A stretch of 64,000 nucleotides of DNA from IMG/VR virus record IMGVR_UViG_2775507075_000002; one strand, written 5' to 3'. Each line of letters opens with the position of its first letter. The stretch's first letter is position 1. This DNA comes from an uncultured virus (IMG/VR IMGVR_UViG_2775507075_000002) (Duplodnaviria; Heunggongvirae; Uroviricota; Caudoviricetes). The translations under genes and the position numbers were made by a program. The notes beneath the pieces were generated by a model. It had not been told where the DNA came from and ran no database searches. It was given only the letters and a program-made list of their open reading frames with translations. This document shows, piece after piece, positions 20,198 to 28,195 of this stretch.

Positions 20198-22802
20198 AAA
20201 GCATATTCACAACGCTTGCCATTCTCCGGGCTATCAACTCTCCGCCAGCGGCATTCGGATGCAGGTTATCCCCGGTATAGAGACTCAGGTTATAGAGATT
20301 TATTCCGCTTTCAGCAAACAAATCGCAGACTGGCACACTGAATAACGCGCACACTTCTCTAATGGCCTGCACGTACTGTGGCAACGTAAAGCCCGCTGAG
20401 TTCGCCGCCGGATAAACCGGCTGGCTTTCAAATGTACCTCGTTTCATCGGCGTACTGAACATCACTCGTACCGTTGGTTTCAGGGTATAGATTTTGTTCA
20501 ATACGAAGAACACGTCGTAATAAAACGATTTAACCGTCGTATCGTCATAATCCGCCCTGGCGTCTGCAATTGTCCCGAGCCGGCGATTTCCCCCGTAATC
20601 GTTCGTCCCTCCCAGAATCGAAATGAAATCCATCGCATCAATAGTGGTGGCGTTGAGTGAATCAGCCATCGTTCTGACTCCCTGACCAGGTACGCCATAA
20701 TTGGCAATCTGGCGCATACCAGTCCGGGAAAGTAGTGGCGCAATGTAATTCCCCGTGTTTGTTATGCTGTCACCAAGGAATCCGATCCCCTTTCCCTGCC
20801 AGGGCAATTCCTGCCCCTGCCCACCGAAAGGAACATATCCAGCAGGAACAGCCTGACCAGGTGAAACCATCAGGCTGTTCAGGCGTGTCAGGTTGTAGAC
20901 CTGGAACCGAACAAAATATGCATTATCAGGAACAGCATAAGGCGTATTTGCGACCAGATTCTGGAAGCCGCTGAGGAAGGTGCCGTCAATTTTATAGAAT
21001 GCGCCGCCACCTGAGCCATACGTAGAAACGAACCAGTCTCCAGGAGTGACCATCATCATTGGCGTTGCGAAGTACCCCGGTGAAGAGGTTAGCCCGCCGG
21101 TCTGATAAGAAACGCCCCTGTCTGTCTGGGCGAGTTCGCTGTTATAGAGATTCACCGACACTTTTTGCAGGGACAGTGCGACCGAGCGCGCTACAGTCAG
21201 CGATTTTGTATCAACGTAAGTTGACGTCGGCGAACCAAACGACAGGTAGCTCGCAGGGAGTGCTGAGCCTTCAACCATCATCAGTGTGTTTTTTGCTGAA
21301 AGACCGTATACCTGAAACCGGACATAAACCGCACCAGATGGCGTGGTAAAAACGGTTCCGGCAGCAATAGTGGTGTTCAAAATTTTGGTTTTGTTGATAT
21401 CAAAATAGACAACCACACCTGATGCACTGCTTGCGATGTATTGCGTGTTAGGTTTTACCGGGATAAATGGCGTGACAAAATATCCGGATGCCACATAGGG
21501 CGCTCCAGTAGTCGCCAGCGCATAATTATCCAGCGCAACATCCTTGTTGAACATATTGCGTATGGCGGCCAGAGTACCGTCCGCAATTCCCCAGCTGATT
21601 GACTGGGTGATTGCCGTTGCCTCTGCAGTTGTCAGCGCGCCAAACCCCAAATAAGATGACGGCAGAGAGGTTCCGCGAACAACCATCAGACTTTCTTTAC
21701 CCGATAGCGGTGTGCTCTGGAAACGCAGGTAACAGGAACCAGTCGGAACGGTAAAGGTCGTTGCAGCAGCGACAGTGATATTTGACGTTTTGCTCAGGTC
21801 AGGATCATAGAAGCATAATACCTGCGTACCAGATGAGAGGATGTAACTCTCTCCGGGAAGGACCGGGATATAGTCAGTAACAAAATAGCTGGCATTTGCC
21901 GTCAGACTGCCGTTAGTCGAGAGCGCATATCCGTCGTTAGCCCGGTTTTTATCAAACAGGTTTCGTACCAGAGCGTTCGCTCGTGAGCTAATATCAATTG
22001 CCTGCTCCAGGGCAGTTCGTTTGGCGGAGAAAGGGTCGACCAGACCGGCCCCAATGTGACCAGCAGGAAGAGAAGTACCTTTAATTAGCATCTGTCCGGA
22101 TTTGCCAGTGCTCAGCGTCTGCGAGAACCGGATATAACGAGTCCTGGCTGGCGTGGTAAAAACGGTTCCGGCAGTGGCGCCTGCAACATAGGAAATGAAA
22201 TTGCCCTGTAAATCATAAAATGCCAGTTGTGACACATTCACAGCGAAAACATACTGCGTACCGTCGAGTGCGGGTATCATGTCACTCACAAAGTACGCCG
22301 CATTTGCGACCAGCGAGCCGGTAGAGCCAACCGCAAAACCATCCGTAGTCCGCTCTTTGTCGAAATAGTTAATGACCAGTGAGCCGCGCCCTACATCAGA
22401 ATAAATCTGCCCAGTCACCGCACTGACAGAATCCAGATATGACTTAGACGGCATCTGCCGCCCGGTAGGCTGCAACGTCCCACCGTTGTTGATTACCTCA
22501 AGAGCCAGCGCGCTATCGTCCGGGCTGCGGTAATACGTCGTAGAGCCCACCGGAATATTCGCGATATCCGCCTGCGCCGCAGCCAGCGTCGCATACTGGC
22601 GGCTGAGAGGAATCAGATTCTGTCGTGTCTCCTCTGTAAGGGCTTCATTCTTCGCCATCATTCCGCGCCAGGTATCGAGCGGTTCACCGCCGCGGTCGTC
22701 AACCGTTCCTGCCGGACCGTTAACCAGTTCGTCAGCGCGCTTAACGTTGTCCATGAATATTTCCGGCGTCGTCGTGCCCAGTGGCGGGTTAAGTTCGGCC
22801 AT
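20196..22802 (-). CDS. Tail spike: anchor, four tandem repeats and C-terminal SGNH esterase
   Basis: GDSIT, GTND, DNLHPN SGNH blocks; four ~135-aa repeats (NxF.K...YF.T..IPV...P....Y.RF). Confidence 0.88.
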   Translation of the reverse strand: MAELNPPLGTTTPEIFMDNVKRADELVNGPAGTVDDRGGEPLDTWRGMMAKNEALTEETRQNLIPLSRQYATLAAAQADIANIPVGSTTYYRSPDDSALALEVINNGGTLQPTGRQMPSKSYLDSVSAVTGQIYSDVGRGSLVINYFDKERTTDGFAVGSTGSLVANAAYFVSDMIPALDGTQYVFAVNVSQLAFYDLQGNFISYVAGATAGTVFTTPARTRYIRFSQTLSTGKSGQMLIKGTSLPAGHIGAGLVDPFSAKRTALEQAIDISSRANALVRNLFDKNRANDGYALSTNGSLTANASYFVTDYIPVLPGESYILSSGTQVLCFYDPDLSKTSNITVAAATTFTVPTGSCYLRFQSTPLSGKESLMVVRGTSLPSSYLGFGALTTAEATAITQSISWGIADGTLAAIRNMFNKDVALDNYALATTGAPYVASGYFVTPFIPVKPNTQYIASSASGVVVYFDINKTKILNTTIAAGTVFTTPSGAVYVRFQVYGLSAKNTLMMVEGSALPASYLSFGSPTSTYVDTKSLTVARSVALSLQKVSVNLYNSELAQTDRGVSYQTGGLTSSPGYFATPMMMVTPGDWFVSTYGSGGGAFYKIDGTFLSGFQNLVANTPYAVPDNAYFVRFQVYNLTRLNSLMVSPGQAVPAGYVPFGGQGQELPWQGKGIGFLGDSITNTGNYIAPLLSRTGMRQIANYGVPGQGVRTMADSLNATTIDAMDFISILGGTNDYGGNRRLGTIADARADYDDTTVKSFYYDVFFVLNKIYTLKPTVRVMFSTPMKRGTFESQPVYPAANSAGFTLPQYVQAIREVCALFSVPVCDLFAESGINLYNLSLYTGDNLHPNAAGGELIARRMASVVNML

Positions 22803-22850
22803 GTTTTTTGCTCCAAAAAGAGGCTTCGCCCAAACGAGGGTTTGAGCGAA
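22797..22850 (-). repeat. Right inverted repeat (54 bp), crossover site 22825..22850
   Basis: Reverse complement of 17762..17815. Confidence 0.95.
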
Positions 22851-22879
22851 AAGAGTTAATTAGGGGTTGTTATAGGGTA

Positions 22880-25800
22880 TTACGCGACGTCGCCGGGGTA
22901 TGTGGCGTCGTCGTACTGGTAGAACGATTCGAGGTATTCTTTAGCGGTGACCTGACAGGTTCCGTCTGACTGCGGGGCGATCTCCTCTACAATGGCGTCG
23001 TAGACGTGGCGCGTTGAGCCACAGAACACCAGGCGGATCGGTTCGATGGTTGCCGACGACAGGTCAACCTTCATCGGGTCATCAAACTCGCTCAGGTGCG
23101 GGACTGACAACTGAAAATCGCCCACCCTGCTCGCCACCATCAGCCCGGATGCAGAGCCATCCTGATAGCGGATCAGCGCTCGGGGATTTTCGAAAGACCA
23201 GTCCAGCGGCTCCGTAACGGTGAACGTTGTCACGCCACCAGCCGTTGTCATCGCCTCCACCAGACAGGAAATTGTGTTGTTACCCGGAATATCATCCGTG
23301 AGCACAATGCGATCGCCCGTGTTGTAGCACAGCGCGTCCAGCTCGGTAGTGGTCTGGAACGTCACCCGCTGCTGCAGGTATTTCATAAGGCGACGCATCC
23401 CGATTTGGTAGGCGTGATCCTGATTCAGTACCCCATCGAGTTTGTAGTTCTCGATTTTCACCGGCGTGGGATTATCAGGCGTCCGGCACTTAACGGTCTC
23501 CTCTGCCCAGGTAGTCCCGTTGATGTACGTCACGTCGACACCATCAAAATCATCATCTGAGGGCACGGTAAATCCGCTCTGCAGCTCCTCCACCATCTCA
23601 TGCGGAGTGATCACACCGGTCCATGGCTTAATCCCCTCGCGGTTGACCGTCGCCAGGCCATCACTCAGCAGAAAACGTGACTTCCCGGCATTGGCTATCT
23701 TCTGCAGCATTTCCAGCGCCGAGATACTGTCGCCCGTGGCGAAATCGAAATTTTCGCCCCGTGGCGTCCAGTACGCGGATTCCAACGCGTTGATGGTGTC
23801 GACATCCATTTCCAGCCCAAGAGAGTTCGCGACATGCAGCAGCGCTCCCGAAATGGTTCTGGCCGTTCCTGAGTCATAGGCCCGCGTGGCCACAACGTTT
23901 ACGCGGCGGTCCGACTGAGCCGCCAATTTGCCCCCCGTCTCAACGGTCACCGCCATCAGCGACACGCCGGGATAGGATGAAGGGCGCGTCAGCAGTCTCC
24001 CGCGCAGTGCCTGCCAGTACATCGAATCCCTGGCGTTGTTTGAGCCCTGCTCATTGCGCCGGCGACAGCGAACCTCTACCAGCCCTGGTGAGCTGAGGGT
24101 GATCCGCTCAGTGAATCCCAGCCCGTTGACGTTTTTAAGCGCATACTCTCCCTGGTGACTCACCCACCCCGATCCGGAACCGTAGGCGCGATACTGAATC
24201 TCCCACTCAACATGCCGAAGCCGCTTTTTCCCCTTGCTGTCAAAGCCACAGATGCCGTTCGGGAAGGAGAAATTCACCTCGAATGCATCCACCACTTCAT
24301 TCTCAGGGCATACGAGGAAAGGCCCCAGCCAGCCCAGCGTGTCGTTAAGGCCAGAAGCCTCATAGTCGATCATCGTCCTAGCGGTGAATCCCGGCCATGA
24401 CTCATCAACGGCACCGGAAACCAGGCGCGCCACCGTCGCCGTCGTGCCGTCAGCTGACACAATCCGGTACTCATTCCCGCGGTGAGCAAGTGAAAGCCGT
24501 TGCACCCCCTCCGGCATCCCGGAGAATGCGGTGCCCGTGGCAGAGTTATAGGCGAGTGTCACATTCGCCGTTACCGCCGGGCTGCCGCCGGTTGATGCCG
24601 TGCCGGAGGTGTAAACCGGGGCATCACCGAAAACAGCTGCAGGCAGCGAAGAGGACGTGATCGCCCCACCCGCGAACGGACTGGCCGACTCGGTTATCAG
24701 TACGGTGCCGCCGTTGTCCTGCGCAACCAGGCCGGAGCCGGTGAGTCCCTCGGTGATGGCCGCCAGCAGTCCCGACATCGAGACGTAGTTAGCCACCAGC
24801 GACACCGGGTAGCTAACCCCCTGCCAGGTGATCGTGAACGTGCTGGAGCTGGTCGAAAAATCGTAGGTGGTCGGGGCCGCACTCGCCTGGACTTTTGCCG
24901 CACTCCCCCCGGTGCCGGGCACTGCAGCCTGACCGGGGGTATATGACGCGATAAACAGATCGTAATCGACAGAGTTAAACCCCAGCGTCACCGGCATACC
25001 TACTACCGGCGCGATCTCCGTCAGCAGCGGGCTTGCGATAACGCTGTATCCGGCCGCCGTGGTGATCTGGTAGTTCGCCGGGGCTTTAAGTTCGACCACG
25101 GCGCCAGCGACCCAGCTGGGCGGCAGTGCGTTATCGTTCTCGTCATTATCGTCATCATCATCCGTGTCCAGCCCGGTAAACGTCACGCTCGATCCGGAGA
25201 CGGTCATGCTGTCTGCGATAATGTCGTCTGCGTCCGGCGACGTCTGGGCCATATCCAGCCCGGTGCCGGATGACGTCCCGCTCACTTCGGTGGAGTTGAC
25301 CCAGTTTTCGCTGCGCTCATCACCGGAAACGTCCGCGCCTGGCGGGTAATGGGTGCTGCTGAATCCCGGTAGCGTTGAAGCTGGCGTACTGCCAACCCTG
25401 ATATCGCCATTGGTATAAATCAGATCACCGACACCGAGACACAGCAGCATCTGGACGCGCATTTTCGTAGGATCGGCGGCATCAAACCGGGTAACCGGCT
25501 GCACCACATAATCAGGGTAGATACGCACCCGGCCAAATACCTCACGAATGGCATCACCGAGTTTTGCGGTATTCGCCTTTGCCGGGTTCAGGTCGAGACT
25601 TCGCCCTGTGGATGAGGTATAGCCGCCCGTATCGATGTTGCTCATCATAAAGTACGAATAGGCTGCAGCGGCAACGGAGATACCGACGCCGATCCACGCG
25701 ATTGTGGCGGCCTCCAGCCCGAAGGGAACCGGATAAAGCCTGACATCACTATCAGGGCGAATCACACACTTAGCCCACTCGCCTGGCGGAATTAACAGCC

Positions 25801-25948
25801 CCTCAACCTCAACGGTCAGCGGTGGGACATCCCGATCCTCGTAGCCTTCAACATTTGCCACCAGCCAGCTGCGAATACTGGTTACACCATGCTCATGCGT
25901 TTCGAGTGGTTCACCGGGAAGCCGGGACGGGTAAAAACGAATAGTCAT
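22880..25948 (-). CDS. Central tail / host-specificity protein (J-like)
   Basis: 1022 aa after the NlpC/P60 gene; IREVFGRVRIYPD tail-tip motif; synteny. Confidence 0.8.
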   Translation of the reverse strand: MTIRFYPSRLPGEPLETHEHGVTSIRSWLVANVEGYEDRDVPPLTVEVEGLLIPPGEWAKCVIRPDSDVRLYPVPFGLEAATIAWIGVGISVAAAAYSYFMMSNIDTGGYTSSTGRSLDLNPAKANTAKLGDAIREVFGRVRIYPDYVVQPVTRFDAADPTKMRVQMLLCLGVGDLIYTNGDIRVGSTPASTLPGFSSTHYPPGADVSGDERSENWVNSTEVSGTSSGTGLDMAQTSPDADDIIADSMTVSGSSVTFTGLDTDDDDDNDENDNALPPSWVAGAVVELKAPANYQITTAAGYSVIASPLLTEIAPVVGMPVTLGFNSVDYDLFIASYTPGQAAVPGTGGSAAKVQASAAPTTYDFSTSSSTFTITWQGVSYPVSLVANYVSMSGLLAAITEGLTGSGLVAQDNGGTVLITESASPFAGGAITSSSLPAAVFGDAPVYTSGTASTGGSPAVTANVTLAYNSATGTAFSGMPEGVQRLSLAHRGNEYRIVSADGTTATVARLVSGAVDESWPGFTARTMIDYEASGLNDTLGWLGPFLVCPENEVVDAFEVNFSFPNGICGFDSKGKKRLRHVEWEIQYRAYGSGSGWVSHQGEYALKNVNGLGFTERITLSSPGLVEVRCRRRNEQGSNNARDSMYWQALRGRLLTRPSSYPGVSLMAVTVETGGKLAAQSDRRVNVVATRAYDSGTARTISGALLHVANSLGLEMDVDTINALESAYWTPRGENFDFATGDSISALEMLQKIANAGKSRFLLSDGLATVNREGIKPWTGVITPHEMVEELQSGFTVPSDDDFDGVDVTYINGTTWAEETVKCRTPDNPTPVKIENYKLDGVLNQDHAYQIGMRRLMKYLQQRVTFQTTTELDALCYNTGDRIVLTDDIPGNNTISCLVEAMTTAGGVTTFTVTEPLDWSFENPRALIRYQDGSASGLMVASRVGDFQLSVPHLSEFDDPMKVDLSSATIEPIRLVFCGSTRHVYDAIVEEIAPQSDGTCQVTAKEYLESFYQYDDATYPGDVA

Positions 25949-26325
25949 TGCCAGAACTCCACTTTGACAAATCGCCGCTTAAACCGCGGCAACGGCAGAA
26001 AGGTGACGTTCGTTCCCGGATTGCATTCCGCCACATGCAGCAGACCATCGATACTGACCACGATCCCTACGTGGGTGACAGTCGACCCGGAATAACAGGC
26101 CACCCCGGCCCCTTCGCAGGGTTCGCAGCGCTCAAGGGTAAGCATCATCCGGCGCGCTTCCCGGTCGAGGCCGCCGTCGTCTTTGGTTACCCCGGCAAAA
26201 TCGGGCCAGACGGGTAAATTCAGATCGCGGCGTATCTCGTTCACAATGCCGAAACAGTCGAGTTGCGGGTATACGCGCCCGCCCTTCAGCCAGGTGACTG
26301 AACGGTATTTATCAGGGTTGAACAT
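25945..26325 (-). CDS. NlpC/P60 tail assembly protein (gpK-like)
   Basis: GGR..LDCFG, HVGIV motifs. Confidence 0.8.
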   Translation of the reverse strand: MFNPDKYRSVTWLKGGRVYPQLDCFGIVNEIRRDLNLPVWPDFAGVTKDDGGLDREARRMMLTLERCEPCEGAGVACYSGSTVTHVGIVVSIDGLLHVAECNPGTNVTFLPLPRFKRRFVKVEFWQ

Positions 26326-26334
26326 TGGGATTCC

Positions 26335-26817
26335 TTAGCTGATATAACGCAGTCCGGGGAATACAGGTAGCGTGTAGCGGTAACGTGGCCAGGCGGTATC
26401 GAGGATATTCATATAACCCGCGGTAATCTGCGCCTCTGTCGCCGTCCAGTAACCAGACTTGATTTTCAGCGTATACGGCACTTCCGCAGGGGCCGCTAAA
26501 TCCGTGGAGATATAACGCCGGTACGTCAACAATGCAGACAGACGGTTAGCCAGCGCATTGCGGATCGCCGTGGACACAACACCATCGATATTGCACAAGG
26601 CAAATTTGAGGTCCTGCGTGCCGTCCGCATTGCGCGCCGGCAGCGCAATGTCTATCGCACAGGCGGTAAACGTTACGGTATCGCCGTTCTCCGTCGTCGC
26701 CGTGATGTTGTCGTAACCCTGGCAAAGGTAGTGAACATCAGAGCCAATGGTGATCTGCAGCGTTTCAATGATCACCTCCGGTCCGCTGCTGGCGTAGAGG
26801 CGGTTGAGTCTTGTCAT
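26335..26817 (-). CDS. Minor tail protein (DUF1833/gpL-like)
   Basis: Synteny and size. Confidence 0.65.
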   Translation of the reverse strand: MTRLNRLYASSGPEVIIETLQITIGSDVHYLCQGYDNITATTENGDTVTFTACAIDIALPARNADGTQDLKFALCNIDGVVSTAIRNALANRLSALLTYRRYISTDLAAPAEVPYTLKIKSGYWTATEAQITAGYMNILDTAWPRYRYTLPVFPGLRYIS

Positions 26818-26831
26818 GATTTTTACCCAAT

Positions 26832-26968
26832 AAAAAAGGCCACCCGAAGGTGACCTTAAAAACTGGTGTCGAATGTGGGTGTACCATCATCGGCAGGATC
26901 GCTATTCCGCGCTTTATTTCACGCTCCGGCTACGGAGCGGCATGAAGGACTTTCCCACAAATCGACAC
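26832..26968 (-). ncRNA. Candidate structured ncRNA between tail genes
   Basis: TTGATT-16-CATAAT promoter, closing stem GTGTCGA.TGTGGG/CCCACA.TCGACAC, inner GCTCCG/CGGAGC hairpin, terminator. Confidence 0.5.
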
Positions 26969-26997
26969 AAGTGATTATGAAGGTGAAACGGTTTTAA

Positions 26998-27462
26998 TCA
27001 AGCCTTGGGCCACTCCTTATTCAGCGCAATATCCAGCAGTGAGCTGCCGACGATCCATTCCGGGTAATTACCCCATGGGGCAGGAGCAAGGGGGCGCTCC
27101 CATAATTCAAGCGTTGCCGTGTACTTCCAGTAAATCGGGGCCACCAGCACCGGTCCCTGATAAATATCTGTGAAGCGGCATTTGTAAAACTTAATGCCCG
27201 CCGGCGTCTGCAGCTTCATCATGAACCACGCTGCCCCGTCAGATAACGCATCACGGAACCAGGACTCAAACGCCAGGCCCTGCGCATCGGTTTCCATAAA
27301 CCAGGTGATGCTGGCCTGCGTCGGCGTGGACGTAAAAGCTCGCCTTTGCCGCGCGCGGCCGGTGATTAACTGGGTACGTTTTAACGGGCTTACAGGCTGG
27401 AATCCGTATCCTTCCTGTAATGGCATAGGGAGGCTGTCATGTGGGTAGTTGATATCAGTCAT
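26998..27462 (-). CDS. Distal tail protein (gpM-like)
   Basis: Follows the tape measure; GRARQRR..FESWF..GAAWF. Confidence 0.7.
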   Translation of the reverse strand: MTDINYPHDSLPMPLQEGYGFQPVSPLKRTQLITGRARQRRAFTSTPTQASITWFMETDAQGLAFESWFRDALSDGAAWFMMKLQTPAGIKFYKCRFTDIYQGPVLVAPIYWKYTATLELWERPLAPAPWGNYPEWIVGSSLLDIALNKEWPKA

Positions 27463-27776
27463 GCAGTCTCCCGGTAAAGTATCTCGAATAAAATTTCACC
27501 ATTAACCTCAGGAGGATATTCATTTCAGAATAAAGCACGATGGAATCGAAGAAATCTCTGATTTTTTGGTTCAGATTAACGAAGATAAAAATCTTATTGA
27601 ATCGACACAAACACACAAGGCGATATATTTATCAGCTCATCTTAAGAGCTAAAAGAAATCAAAAAAAACAGCATTATCAATATATTAATTTTATTGACTT
27701 TAATGTGAGCTTACATTGTTTCGGCACAGCCCCACATCAAAATAAAAAAGGGCGACGTGCCGACAGGAAAATTACG

Positions 27777-28139
27777 TCAATGTGACTGCTTGTTTAAAAG
27801 CAACTCCTGAAGAAGAAGCGCAATAGAAACAAAGATCAAAACCCCACAAAAAACAATTTTTGCAAAATCATAGTTAAACACGGTTGTAAGCGTATCATTA
27901 TTATATAAGTGATTATGCCTATAGGAATAAGTTGTGTAAATCTCATCACATATTTCAAGAGTTCCACCAACTATCAAAACAAGCCAAAGAAATGAAAACT
28001 TCACTCGGACCTCCTTACGTTTACGTCTCCTATTGAAGATAAGCCCGCCAATAAAAAGAGGAATCATAAAAGCTATAAAGTCTTTAAATGTAAATGTTAA
28101 CAACGCTTCCATTAATAAGATCCTTGTGTTTTCTTGCAC
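27777..28139 (-). CDS. AT-rich membrane protein (moron)
   Basis: Three hydrophobic segments; low GC. Confidence 0.6.
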   Translation of the reverse strand: MQENTRILLMEALLTFTFKDFIAFMIPLFIGGLIFNRRRKRKEVRVKFSFLWLVLIVGGTLEICDEIYTTYSYRHNHLYNNDTLTTVFNYDFAKIVFCGVLIFVSIALLLQELLLNKQSH

Positions 28140-28195
28140 CTACTCAGATTGTTAGACTTACCTACCTAATCAAGTCTCAGCTAATGCAGTTTAGC

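Larger units (their letters stand above)
17762..22850. mobile_element. Invertible receptor-binding-protein cassette (~5.1 kb)
   Basis: Perfect 54-bp IRs, adjacent invertase, convergent alternative tail genes. Confidence 0.9.

Noticed and set aside
26880..26950. Hammerhead or pistol ribozyme in the tail-region ncRNA
   Set aside because: Only partial core words (CCGAUGA, GAAA, CGUGAAAUA); required stems and pseudoknot not found
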